DNA from: Tubiluchus corallicola
Taxonomy: Eukaryota; Animalia; Priapulida
Direction: 5' to 3'
DNA length: 64,000 nt
Assembly (NCBI GenBank): GCA_030141605.1
Contig: JAQGDQ010000914.1
Coordinates: forward strand, 16,889-80,888
Below are positions 25,801 to 40,344 of this stretch, piece by piece. Under the pieces are notes generated by a model. It was not told the DNA's origin and did no database searches. It saw nothing but the letters and a program-made list of their open reading frames with translations. Made by a program: the position numbers and the translations under genes. Every line of letters begins with the position of its first letter. The stretch's first letter is position 1.

Positions 25801-28800
25801 GTTAGGGGATTAGGATAAGGGTAAAGGTATTTAAATTGTACGGGGAATTGTAAACTCCTTACTAAAACGTAAACATTTAGTATGGGAGATAAATTCTCTC
25901 TTTTTACTATCGAAGAGTGTTGACGTTTTGTATGTAGTTTCATATCATGATGTGTTCTTATCTAGGACATATAATGCAGGCTTACAATATGGAGGAAACA
26001 TTAATGCTTAATGCTCCGTGTTGTTCGTGATGCTTAGTTTATCGCCTTTTACAGAAAGCAAACTGCCTTGTACGGAGGATGTACCAACATGTGGAGACAC
26101 GTGTGAGAAGGTTTTGAGCTGCGCCATTCATTACTGCATTCAGATGTGTCATACAGGTCCTTGTGCAAAGGTCAAATTTTAGATTTTAAAATTCCTCTAT
26201 GGTTACTTTCCTTGAATCACAAACTAGTTGTGCAACACCGATGGTCTAATTTTTGTTACTGTAGAAGACACAGGGCTTACTGTGTAGAAGATCCAGGGCT
26301 TACTGTGTAGAAGACCCAGGGCTTACTGTGTAGAAGACCCAGGGCTTACTGTGTAGAAGACAGGGCTTACTGTGTAGAAGACCCAGGGCTTACTGTGTAG
26401 AAGACCCAGGGCTTCCTGTGTAGAAGACCCAGGGCTTACTGTGTAGAAGACACAGGGCTTACTGTGTAGAAGACCCAGGGCTTACTGTGTAGAAGACCCA
26501 GGGCTTACTGTGTAGAAGACCCAGGGCTTACTGTGTAGAAGACCCAGGGCTTACTGTGTAGAAGACCCAGGGCTTACTGTGTAGAAGACCCAGGGCTTAC
26601 TGTCGATGCACACGTTTTCCAGACTGACCCAAATGACTGGGCTTTGATCTTTACCGTCGGCCACTTCATGTTTGTTATTGTTATGAAGCCACATCGCTAA
26701 ATTTCAGCTTTGCGTCTTTAAAACTTTGGGAAGAAAAGCCCAACTGAGAAAACCAACAGAAATGTAGAAGATTGAATTTAATTAAATAATATGGAGCTTA
26801 CCTTATAACCTAAAAGTTGTTGTTGATATAAGTGTGTTGCCATAACCGTGTTTCATAGTATAACTACGTATAAGTAAGTGAATTTCATTACTGAATGTGA
26901 TTCAAGATATGGAGCAGCAAACAATCGTTTTATACTTTCGGAGGGAGGGAGCACTGTGCAAATCACATCCTGGGGCTCACTTAAGGCTAGTAGCACACCC
27001 CTCGGTTTTAGATTTTCAAAATTAATCAGTGACGGCTGTTATTAATATTTGCATGAATGAGCGAAAGACAATCTCTCATTGTTTAGCACTTTATAAATGC
27101 AGACAAGAAACATGATGCGTTCAGTTTACATCCGGTTTTGTTTAAACTGTTTTTATACAAACGTTTCAATTCTCTGGGCATTTTATTAATTCAAAACAAA
27201 AATTAGCTACTGACTTTGAGTAACAGATAGCTTTTAGGTGCTAATCAATGAAAAGCATAACTTTCTGTACCTCAATAAACTGCTGAACAAAAACAGACTG
27301 TCTTGTTTAAGCAAGATGAGCGTACCGTTGCAATTGTTTTTGTTTTATAATTCATTTTTGTAAGTCTCATACACCGAGTCTTTGGCACTGTATTCATTTT
27401 GGCACATTTATTAAATTAGAGATGAATTTTGGTGCAAACTGCACATGTCACGTTACACATTTGAGAACTTTTCAGCAATGTGTGTTTAGAAAAAAGGAAT
27501 CAGAAAATGCGACTATGAAACCCTTTTTCATTTGTTTAACATTATTTGTTTAACATGTTCATGTTTTTCTTGGTTTGCAGTGCAGACAATTGGTTGAAAA
27601 GCGCTGTAGATGTGGTGCCAGGAAGAAGTCGGTGCTTTGCGGTGCAGAATATACATGCGAAACGAAATGTTCGCGTATGAAGAACTGCAGCAGACACGCA
27701 TGTAAACGAAAAGTATGTTCAAGTGTTTGCTTCTGTTGTTTCTGCCGTAGATTTTTCTGTTTTGTATCCGTGCGGTCGATGCAAGTGTCTGCGCAATGTT
27801 GACTTTTTAGCTTTGCCTCATGTTGGTAATGGCAAAAGAGAGAATTTTTTTATGATTTTGCTGTGCATGATTTAGGTGCCTCTTTTGACAACTACTTGGT
27901 TTTTACATTCAGAGCTCTGAAATTGAAGCAGCAATGGAATCGAGTTGGCAACTTGTTTGATCATTTATAGAAAATAATCTATTTGTTATTTTACTGTTTT
28001 GACTGATTAGTTAAAAGCCTAATATCGTTCACTTCAACATCTAACGAGCCACCATTAATGTGTCTATGCGTAGAGCTTTGATTAACGTCACCTAAGTTTC
28101 GATCTTCCCCTGCAAGTATCTTGTCTGATAGCGGCTTCACTAAATTAGTGACACGTTCCATTATCATCGCCTATGTCATTTTTTCAAAATAATCGATGAC
28201 TTAGTGCCCCACTATTTAAGTGCAATTCTGCCGCCAAAGGTTAACGAAGTTACCCCGTATTATATGCGCAGTGGTACTAAATACAAAAATTTTAATTGCC
28301 GTTCTGTTAGCTGTGAAAAATCGTTTTTCATATCGACCATTAACATGTGGAACAACTTGCCACAGAACATTCGTGAAATTACATCCATTTCACAATTCAA
28401 ACAAGAGCTCAAATCACATTTAAGTTTTTCGTTGCGTAAGAAACATTTTTCGTTTGGTAAACCTCCAATATCAGTGCATCATACGCGCATGAGAATCGGA
28501 TTTTCTCAGCTAAACTATGACCTTTTCTCTAAAGGCTGTATGTAAAGGTAATAACGGTCATCCAATATAGCCGAATTGTAACTGTGGATTTCGATTTGAG
28601 TCTGTTGAACACTTTTTGTTGCACTGCCGATTGTATCAACTAGCTAGGGTTGCTATGCAATAAATTGAATGCAATACTTCTGCCCGAAAACCTTAATATA
28701 GCTGTCTTAGGAAATAATGATCTGTTGAAGTTGTTATTATTCGGTAAAGATGAATTTAACTATGTTACTAACTGTAAAATATTCCAATGTATACATGACT

Positions 28801-31800
28801 TTATATTATGTACTAAACGCTTCCAGTAGTTTCTATCTGATATAAAATGCATCATTCTTAAATAATCGTACATTAATATTTACTAACCGTCATTTTCTAC
28901 TAATGTCTAATGTATCACTGTAGTAAAACTTTAGTATACTAAAAACTAAGTATAGTCTATTTTTACTGTAAATGTTCTTGTAAATAGTGTATAACGTCTG
29001 TTGTGGTGAGGATCCTAAATCATGTTGTACAAACTGTCTGATCCAATCCTAAATTATGTTTAAACAAATGTGTCTATGTGTAGAGCTTTGCGTCAGATTA
29101 GCGTCACAGTGGTAACACTGAGCTGTGGTTATGCACAGTTATTGTAACTCATTCATTTCCTGTTGATAAAGTGTTACAACTAATTGGGGCTGTTTCACTA
29201 TCAGCTGCAGGTCTGTTGTAAACGCAATTGCTTGTATGCTGAAATCTCGATTGGGAACTGAATTTTTGTTCATTCACGAATGGAATTCAGTCGCTCATTC
29301 GCTGGATCAGCGTCTCAAAGCTAAGGAAATGGATTAGTAATAATCGTTTATCCACGTGCTGTAATTAGTTAAGTTAATTAACCATTTGCTGCCTCGTGTT
29401 TGTATACGTGCCCTTTTTTACAGTGTTGTGATGGTAATTGTCCCCCGTGTGAACAGGCTTGTGGACGGATGTTACCGTGTAGAAATCATAAATGTCCAAG
29501 TCCCTGCCATCCAGGTGCGGTGTTACTAGCATCTTAGTCTAGTGTAAATAATTTGATTATCTTGCGTGCGAGACGTTACAGACTGTTATTGAAGTTGTAG
29601 ATAACTCACTTTGTAGAACAAGAATAAACAACTATACTACATATTTGCACAAAACTGAAAAGTGTTTATTAGACTGCACACACATATGTAGAATGACTGC
29701 TACACTGAACACTGAGAACAAGAGTGTCCTGCACTGATCACTGAGAGTTAGACAGTAAGTAACATGACCATCACGACTGCTGCACTGCACTGAGAGTGAG
29801 ACAGTGACTAGAAAGTAAATCCAGTCAGTATATATAGGCATAGGTGATTATGCAAACTTATCTTCAAAAAAACATTACTGTAAAATAGGGAGAGATCATA
29901 TTCACTGGACCGTACAATTATACTAGGGGTGAGTTTAGCTAGTAAAATGTAAAAGGATTAGTTCATAGATGGCAGCACCTAAAAAAATATACAATTACAA
30001 TTTCCACAGTCTGATCCATTATGAAGCCATTGCATAGCAGCTATAAGTAGCTAGTATGGAATGGCCTCGTTCGTTCATTCGGCAGACGGAAAGGTGCGTT
30101 TGCCACCTAAGCACCTGTTCCGTAGTCACGATCAGTATGAGAAATGCAGGAACAGATTCTGGCTCATTTTCATCTTAATTTTTGCATTTAAATTTTTGTA
30201 TTTTTTGTCTATTTTCACTTCTACAACATTTGTCTGCAACTTGGTTTGGCTGATTCAGATTTGAACCCAGGACCTCTTGACCAGTGCCGCGACAATATTT
30301 TTTTAAAATTTAGAACTTTTTTCTGTTAATTTATTCTTTTTCTGCACTAAGAAAGATTTGCTGTATTTATTGATTACGCAGAAATAATGTGTTGAAAAAG
30401 GTCACATCACACATGAAGACATTGCATTTGTTTTTCTCTTATCCATCTAGGTTATAGTAACTAGATTATTGACACCAATATAAGTTGACTTGCTTAGGTT
30501 TTATTCTTTTAGGACCTTGCTATCCTTGTCCGCTCACCGTCAGTTTGACTTGCGCTTGTGGCGCCACCAAGGTGACCGTTCCGTGTGGTCGAGAGAAAAC
30601 AACAAGACCGCCTCGTTGCAATGCACTTTGCAGGTATCTTTCATGCTTTATAATAGACGACTGAACATTTGCTTTACACAGTAGACACTGTGCGAGTGGA
30701 AATCCAGCACTTGGTGACAAAAAAGTATCAATACCATAATGACAAAAACTAGTTTTTTCAACACATTAATTATCGTTATCATAACATCCTTAATCTAGAG
30801 CAGACTATTCATCATTTTTTATTATTTTATTATTTTTTAATATTTTATTTCAAACTTTACAAAGTTCACATACACATCACAAATTAATACAATAACTCAT
30901 GACACGCAACAGTAACCCAAATAACAATTAACGATATAACAAACTACGCCAATGACGTCTAATTACATAAGAAAAGTTTACATCACTGTTTAAAATGTTC
31001 TTGCATATAAAATTTTCACTGTTATTCAGCCAGACGTATAAACTGTATGCAGATTTTCTGTGAATCACATCAAAATAAATAATTTTAAGTCTAGCAGAAA
31101 TATATCTGGCGCTCGTATCATATGAAAAGTTAAACAGCTTCCGTCTTGATACATTATATGCAACCTTGAGTTTGCTAAGATTGTAAGAATAAAAATGTTT
31201 CCAAGTGGATATGCAATAAAAAGTAGTGCAGTAAGCATTAAACAATTGTTTCTTCACGTTAACTGAACAGTGAGTAAATTTCATGAGTAATTTATTTGCT
31301 CTACCATAGTAAATTGAACATTGTCGTAATATGTCTAAATCATCTCTATTGTCATCTAATAAAATATGACCCAGATATTTTTCCTTTTTGCTAGGTAGCT
31401 TATATTATAGCTTTAGAGACTAAATGTTTGACGAACTCATAATCAGACACTTGCGCAATTACGACACTTTCTGGTGTCAGTAGAGGCACATTGTCCACTC
31501 CCCGCAAATATGAATTCTCATAAGTTATAATTCTTTTTAAGGCAAGAAGTTAGCATTGTATTTATATCCTTGCTAGCTGGCAGTAACGTGTTTCTTTCAT
31601 GGTTTTCGATACTTATAATGTGACCTTTGTCTTTTTGCTGTTTCATCAACCGTCGTAAATGTGGACTTTGTTCTTCCTTTTTTTGTTTTGTCCATCTTTC
31701 TTGACCGCATATATGTCACACATCTCATCATTAAGTTTATCGAACAATCTTTATTTGGGTCTCCCTTTTCTTCCCGCCATCTTGATCACTCTTCTGTCTT

Positions 31801-34800
31801 CTCTACTTAATCGGTTCTTCTCTCTTCTCTACCACGTTCGTTTCACGTCCGTTAGTGGCTTAGTCGAGTGACTTTCATCTTTTCCCACATCTAATCTATC
31901 ATTCCTGGCAGCTCTAATGCAACCCCGTTCATTTCTGTTACCGCGAACGAGATTTCTCTTTTACTGCGATGCTCATTCTCTCAAGTTCGTAAAACGTGGC
32001 TGACCTCACTACAGTGCCTGACCTCACTAGAGTAACCGACCTCACTACAGCAGCCAACCTCACTACAGCGGCCGACCTCACTACAGCGGCCAACCTCACT
32101 ACAGTGGCTGATCTCACTACAGTGGCTGACCTCGCTACAGTGACTGACCTCACTACAGCGGCTGATCTCACTACAGTGGCTGACCTCACTACAGTGGCCG
32201 ACCTCACTACAGCGGCTGATCTCACTACAGTGGCTGATCTCACTACAGTGGCTGACGTTTCTACCGTTTCTTATACTTTCCTTTTCAGTTTCACACTTTT
32301 GCCATATAATACAGCTTTGATTAGTAATTGCAGCATGAAAAGATAGCTGTCTGTTATCTGGCTAGAATTGACATTGTGATCCTGCATTGAGTTTGCTAAT
32401 GAAAATATCTGTGTCTGTTCAGGAAGCCACCTATATGTCACCACAAGGTGCAGGAAAAGCATCGCTGTCACTCCGGGAAGTGTCCACCTTGTCGTCAGTG
32501 CTGCGATATTCAACTGCCCTGTGGTCATCGATGTCCGAACACTTGTCACACGGCAGTATTGGTCAAGTTACAGGAAAAGGTAAAAAATTATTGAACTATT
32601 TGACAACATTAATTGATAGGTGTGACATGGAATGGCTTTTGTGATAAGGGTTATTGTGATAATGAATTATATTATTGATAGTGTTTTTCAAATATTTAAG
32701 TTTTGTTGTATGTTTTTAAGTAAGAGATTTTCTCTAGTTCTTATTTAACCAGTTGAAGTGTTGTGTGTAAGTAAAATGAAATCAATATATTTTATTTTGT
32801 GAGCAAAATTATTACACAACTTTGCAATATATATGAAATGACTTGAACTGTTTGTCTTTTATTTTGTGTTTCATAGTTGTTATAAGTAATTTTTCAAAGC
32901 AACATGTTGCTATAATCCGTTGCACAAATTATGAACAACTGATCATACATGTTGCAGAAGCTGTGTTCCTTTTTTGCAGATGCATGTTGCTTGTATGCTG
33001 TCATGTGTTAGATAATTTCTGCTTAGTTGCTCAATGATACATTGACTTTTTATATGTGTGGAAGTCATTATGCCTTACTATTTTAAGGGCACTGTTGTGA
33101 GGGCAGGCCCGTGGGAACCAGCGCCACAAGCTAGAGTTGAGTTGGTGAAGTATGATTGCAGACCGTGTATTGTTGCCGTACCCGTAACCTGCCACGGGAA
33201 GCATGAGGTAATGATGACTGTTAGTGTCTCTGAGAGGCATTTATGACAACTTCAAAAGTCTCAGTTAAATTTACATGTAAACCACTGATCTTTATTTCTG
33301 CAATATTTAAAAATTAAAATAGAAAGGCAAAGGTGACTGACATTGGCTAATTTTATGAAAAGTTACATAGTTTAGTTAGATTTACAGTCATTTAGTCCAT
33401 TCAAAAATATCAATGAATAAATCAAAATAAAAATTAATAGAAGTAAACTTACATCGTTGCGGCATATATCTAATGAAAAATTTCGCTAGCTTGTACAAGA
33501 CACATGTTCACATACACTACAGAACAGCATAATGAAAATATAACTTGGTCAATGCCCACACTTTAAACTTTCTAGCTAGATGGAGCCACCTTGGCTACAA
33601 AATTAAAATTTATTAAGTCAGGTTCACACTGGCCTTAATAATGATGCACAGTGAGATCCAGCCTTTGTAATGCTATGGACCAACTGTGTTAGTTTTTTGT
33701 TTATATGCGATGGATTTTGTAGTTTTGACTGCCTTGACCACTGGGAGATGCGCATGCCTAGTGGTCTAAGGTGTCTGCAATGTAAGCAGACGGTCGCTAG
33801 ATTTCCTATCATTCTTGTTTGGCAGCAAAATTAAGTTAATTATGGGTTTTAAACATCACCAGAGAGCATGTTCATCACTCTGTCTGAAATTCCTCTTCAA
33901 TTCGTCACTGAGAGTTTAACACCTCCCCAATTCTTCACTGAGAGTTAAACACTTCTCCAATTCGTCACTGAGAATTAAACACCTCTCCAATTCATCACTG
34001 AGAGTTAAACACCTCCCCAATTCGTCACTGAGAATTAAACACCTCCCCAATTCGTCACTGAGAGTTAAACACCTCCCCAATTCGTCACTGAGAGTTAAAC
34101 ACCTCCCCAATTCGTCACTGAGAGTTAAACACCTCTCCAATTCGTCACTGAGAATTAAACACCTCCCCAATTTGTCACTGAGAGTTAAACACCTCCCCAA
34201 TTCGTCACTGAGAGCTAAACACTTCCCCAATTTGTCACTGATAGTTAAACACCTGTCCAATTCATCACTGAGAATTAAACACCTCCCCAATTCGTCACTG
34301 AGAATTAAACACCTCCCCAATTCGTCACTGAGAGTTAAACACCTCCCCAATTTGTCACTGAGAGTTAAACACCTCCTCAATTCGTCACTGAGACTTAAAC
34401 ACCTCCCCAATTCGTCAGTGAGAGTTAAACACCTCCCCAATTCGTCACTGAGAGTTAAACACCTCTCCTATTCGTCACTGAGAGTTAAACACCTCCCCAA
34501 TTCGTCTCTGAGAGTTAAACACCTCCCTAATTCGTCACTGACAGTTAAACACCTCCCCAATTTGTCACTGAGAATTAAACACCTCACCAATTCGTCACTG
34601 AGAGTTAAACACTTCCCCAATTCGTCACTGAGTGAATTAAACACCTCTCCAATTCATCACTGAGACTTAAACACCTCCCCAATTCGTCACTGAGAGTTAA
34701 ACGCCTCCTCAATTCGTCACCGAGAGTTAAACACCTCCCCAATTCGTCACCGAGAGTTAAACACCTCCCCAATTCGTCACCGAGAGTTAAACACTTCTCC

Positions 34801-37800
34801 AATTTGTCACTGAGAGTTAAACACCTCTCCAATTCGTCACCGAGAGTTAAACACCTCCCCAATTTGTCACTGAGAGTTAAACACTTCTCCAATTTGTCAC
34901 TGAGAGTTAAACACCTCCCCAATTCGTCACCGAGAGTTAAACACTTCTCCAATTCGTCACCGAGAGTTAAACACCTCTCCAATTCATCACCGAGAGTTAA
35001 ACACCTCCCCAATTCGTCACCGAGAGTTAAACACCTCCCCAATTCGTCACCGAGAGTTAAACACTTCTCCAGTTCGTCACTGAGAGTTAAACACCTCCCC
35101 AATTTGTCACCAAGAGTTAAACACCTCTCCAATTCGTCACTGAGAGTTAAACACCTCCTCAATTCGTCACCGAGAGTTAAACACCTCTCCAATTCGTCAC
35201 CGAGAGTTAAACACCTCTCCAATTCGTCACCGAGAGTTAAACACCTCCTCAATTCGTCACCGAGAGTTAAACACCTCTCCAATTCGTCACTGAGAGTTAA
35301 ACACCTCCCCAATTTGTCACCGAGAGTTAAACACCTCTCCAATTCGTCACCGAGCGTTAAACACTTCTCCAATTCGTCACTGAGAGTTAAACACCTCCCC
35401 AATTTGTCACCAAGAGTTAAACACCTCTCCAATTCGTCACCGAGAGTTAAACACTTCTCCAATTCGTCACTGAGAGTTAAACACCTCCCCAATTTGTCAC
35501 CGAGAGTTAAACACCTCTCCAATTCGTCACCGAGAGTTAAACACCTCACCAATTCGTCACTGAGAGTTAAACACTTCTCCAATTCGTCACCGAGAGGTAA
35601 ACACCTCCCCAATTCGTCACTGAGAGTTAAACACCTCCCCAGTTCGTCACTGAGAGTTAAACACCTCCCGTTTGAGAATTATTGCTACAGCATAGCAGTA
35701 TGCAAAGTAACAACATGTTTCCAATTTTACTGTAAATTTTTTGCAAACGGTGAAAAAGATTGCAGTCCTTTGAAGACCCCAAATTTATGTAAATTGTTTT
35801 TGTAGCTAGAATGATAACGAATTGAATTATAGTTAGTTTAATTCCTGTTTTTTCAGTAACATAAATTTTTGAGGCAGATCAATTTCGGCTTTGCGTGATA
35901 TTCTGTATACAGAAAAATCGATTTCTTTTATTTAAATAATCGTTTAGCATGAGCTATTAGAGAATATATGCAGACTCACTTTCGACCAGACGGTTTAGTC
36001 TAGTGGTAATGCATCTGCTTTCCGTCTGGGAGGTTGTGAGTTCGAACCAGCAGCCGGGTTATACCAAAGACTTTAAAAATGGTACCTGCTTTGCCCTGCC
36101 TGACGCGTGGTATTTAGGGTAAAAGTGGGGTAATAATAGTCTCTGTTATGTAGTTGTAGGTTGTTATTTACAGTCGGCGATAATAGCTCTTTGAGCTAAT
36201 GTTAATTGTTGACCCAAAAGCCGACTTTAAATAAAGATTATTATTATTATTATTATTATTAGCTTTCTTCACAAGTGGTTGAAGTAACACAAGTAATTTA
36301 TAGTTTTACTATAGAAAGTTACTACTCGGTTTCACTGACTGGAGTTATTATAATTTTAGATCACTGACTTCGCATGCTCCGAAGCAGCCCCGTATTCGTG
36401 TGGAAGAAATTGTGGACAACCGCTAGCCTGTGGTAATCATAGATGTACGCTCGAGTGCCACGTGGTAAAAACTTCACACAACAGCGGATCTCAGGTTAAT
36501 AGCAGTCATAATTAAGATGAATAGAGTTCTTTCGTAGTCTTAGATGTTTCATTGATTACAGTAATTGAGGTGGGCACTGTGGGTACTAGTTCTTGCTACT
36601 GTTTCATTTCACTTTGACTTCGAATTATCAACTCAAAAGTTGAACCATAGGGACACTGACTGTGAAAATCATTTTTGAAATTGTTGTTCAGTCACTTTGT
36701 TATGATTGAGTTTAGGCACAGAGAAGTATGGATAGGAACCAAAAATCTATAATAAATATTTGCACTGCACACAACAGAAAGTGTTTATTGAACTACAGAA
36801 AACATGAGTAGCAAAACTGCTGCACTGAACATTGAGCAAAAACTAGAAAGCAAAAACAGTCAGTAAAACCTGTTTCACAGCCAGTATACAGGTATAGAAC
36901 TTGACCTATGCAGAGTTATACAGGCTTCACAACAACCATTAATTTTAGATAGGGAGAGGACCAGTGTGTATGTAGTCACTGGACCATACAATTATGCTGA
37001 AGGTAAGTCAGCTGGTAGAATGTAACAAGATTAGCACATAGATGGCAGCACCTAACTGCAATGTACAATTCCAACTTCCACACTGACATACTATTAATTA
37101 GCTATAGTTTTTATGTTTTTTTGGCTGTAGATGGGAGAACCTTGTGAAGAGTGTGACTCTCAATGTGACAAGCCTCGGCCAGAGGGATGTACACATGCGT
37201 GCCTAGAAGCGTGCCACCCAGGTAAAAACACGTAGAACTCGTATTTGTATTTACCTTTGTTGACTTTTTAAGACTCGTTGTAGTTCTAGGAATATAAAGA
37301 AGTCTTTTTTGTTGCAGCACAGGAAAACCCTCCACTTAAAAATGCGTCTTGAAATTTTATGCCACTTCCATACTACCTTTTTGCATACAGGGCTTGCATC
37401 GGCAACAACGCTGTATAAAACATGTAAATTTAAACTCCCTCGATGACAGTTAGATGCAGCTATTTTGACGAGGAGTCATTTGAAACAAGTTTAGATAACA
37501 CTGAGTAAAGTTCGAAAAACAATCAGAGCATTCGTCGTGCACACACCACTAATTAAGTAAAATTTTTAAATTACTGTAATGATGCTATGGGAGTGAAATG
37601 AGTACAAAAAAATCTAACCTGTATCAAAAGAGATTTGAGTTAGGCCCTTTGGGGCTTCGTTTTCAATTCTGAAAATAGAAAAAAATCTTTTTTAAAAGAA
37701 ATTAGTAAGTGAATGTGCTTGTGAATTAATATTTTGTAGCAGCCCAGGATGTACGCAGAAACAAGATAGTCAAATAGCAGCAAAATGCAGATACGCGAAA

Positions 37801-40300
37801 ATTTAATTCAACTAAAATAAACTATTTTATAGTAATGTCAAAACACCATGCAAACTTTGAGCAAACTGTATTAACATGACTAGAACATGACACTGCAGTG
37901 TTAAAGCTCTCTGGTTCGCTTCGCATCTTCGCATTTCTTTTGCACTAAATGTCGGTCATGCAAGAACAATAAGATGTCTTTCAGTCTCGTAGAACTCACT
38001 CTCTCTATTACATCACTGCAACATGAATTAAACATGAATTTATTCCACAGCAAATCACAAAAACACAACAAAACCCACAAACACAAAAACACCACAACCA
38101 CACAAACACCCAGCAAATGTACATATAAACTGACATACAAATTGTTATTCTACAGCAAATCGTACATATAAACTGACATACAAATTGTTATTCCACAGCA
38201 AATCGTACATATAAACTGACATACAAATTGTTATTACATTATAAAATAAAATAAAAGAGTCACTGTGAGGAGGAAGGAGCATTATGCTTTTCAGTCCTCC
38301 TCCATTATAACTTTTTGTACAACTTTTAAGCAAGATATTTTTGTAAGCAGTTACTTTATGTATGCAGGTGACTGTCCTCCGTGTACACAAATGCTACGTT
38401 GCCGTTGCCACTGTCAGCTAGTGGTGTTGCACAATGAGTGCAGTAAGTGGAATTCTGCCGACGATGAAGAGCGCGAGCTGATGCAGTCTTGCAAGAATCA
38501 GTGCCCTAGAGAGGTGAATTTATTCTGCTACGTAGTTAGCTGTTTTTAACTTACTTATTTGGAATAAATTGTGAGATTACGTGTAAATGCATGGAATAAG
38601 TTGTGAGATTACGTGTAAATGCATGGAATAAGTTGTGAGATTACGTGTAAATGCATGGAATAAGTTGTGAGATTACGTATAAATGCATGGAATAAGTTGT
38701 GAGATTACGTGTAAATGCATGGAAGCCTATAGGGATTTTATGGCTTCTAGGATTCAAAAGAAAATCTGTTGTAATACGATTCCTGTTTGTGTGGATTTTG
38801 TTGTTTTGAATTTGGTGGATATATGTCTCATATTGTATGCACTATTGTATGCACTATATTGTATGACTATTGTATGCACTATATTGTATGCACTATAATT
38901 AGCGATTACTTTTGGACGGTGACATAAATTACCTGCTCTGCTTTGCTTTTACGTTTCTTTTTTCTGTTATATAATCATATACACAGTATTTTTTCTCATC
39001 GAGAATTTTGTAAACAACTGTACATATATCATCATTTTATTTAATTCGTAACTAATTATTGTGATACTTATTCATCATCTTCATTTATTATTATTCTTTT
39101 TTTCACTTATGCCATTGTTGTTATGTTTGTTTTTATATTTTTCTTTTTGTTATTGCTTTATTTTGATTAGTTTATTTAAGTAATTAACAATAATTGCATC
39201 CTATGTCATTCATCAATTCTTTTTTCTGTCATCAATATTAAATTATAAGGGGTGAGTGACTAGATAACCTACGGTCTTTCCTCGCCCCATCTCCACGGAT
39301 AAAGTTATTTTTTCGTAAAATGGAAATTTGTGACACATTTGGAGAAAATAAATGTCTACGTCTATATGTCATAGTAATACTTTAAAGTTCATGGATAATC
39401 TATTCAGTATTTTATCTGTACATAGCAGGAAAAACACAACAAAACAGAAATATAAATTTGGCACAGAATTATGCACATTTCCTTGTATATTAATGTAATC
39501 CTTCTCATGATAATGAAGCACGGTAAACATTTGTTACACCAGACCATATAACAGTGGACTGTTTCCCGTTGTAGGGGAAAGTATATTTGAAGGATGGCAC
39601 GTATCTGGATAGGTGCCTTTGTTTGACGAGTGACATCCATTTTGGAAACGTAATGTCGTTACCATACGTGTTGTGTGTGATAAAGTAAAGTGTAACAATG
39701 GAACCAATGTAAAACCGTAACATGTAACAATGTTTCTGGCATGCCGACTACATTGTTCCACAGATTTTGACATCAATTTTGTGCCTATTTTTTAGCTGAC
39801 CTGTAAACATCGCTGTCCTAAGCAGTGTCACAGTGGCCCTTGCTTGGACGTCGTACTGTGTACGCAGAAGAAGATCATTCGTTGTCCTTGCAAGCGACGC
39901 AAGACGGAAGCACTGTGCCGCGAAGTGCAGGCTGGCGATCGTTGCATAGAATGTGACGATGGCTGCAAGAAAGCCGTGGAAAATAAAAGACGGGTAATTT
40001 ATGCTGGCTAAATTATGTAGAGCTGAAAAAATGAATAAAATAACAGGTGATACGTTTAACTTTTTGCTAGTGAATTTGTGCCATATGAAATTTTTAAAGA
40101 AGCTTTCCCTATGTTTCAACCTGGTAGATTTGTAGAACATTGAGTGTCTTACGAAGCTGCATAAACTATTCAAGCATTCTCAATAGTCGAATATTAGACC
40201 ACTAACGTATCACAAACAGAGCCTATTTCAGGGGGGGGGATACTTCCCCGGGGCCTCGCGCCAAGGTAACATTTTTTTTTGCTTTATGCAAACATACTGG

Positions 40301-40344
<44 letters not shown>

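Noticed and set aside
25629-25830. True telomere or chromosome-fusion site
   Set aside because: Short, degenerate, single orientation and enclosed in element-like inverted repeats.
33890-35670. CRISPR array or LRR-like protein (ORFs of 333-335 aa with [10 protein letters not shown] repeats)
   Set aside because: Units are head-to-tail with no unique spacers, the context is eukaryotic and intronic, and the 10-aa periodicity simply reflects the 30-bp unit.
35984-36060. tRNA gene
   Set aside because: A and B boxes are present, but there is no good acceptor stem and it runs into a SINE body and (TTA)n tail.
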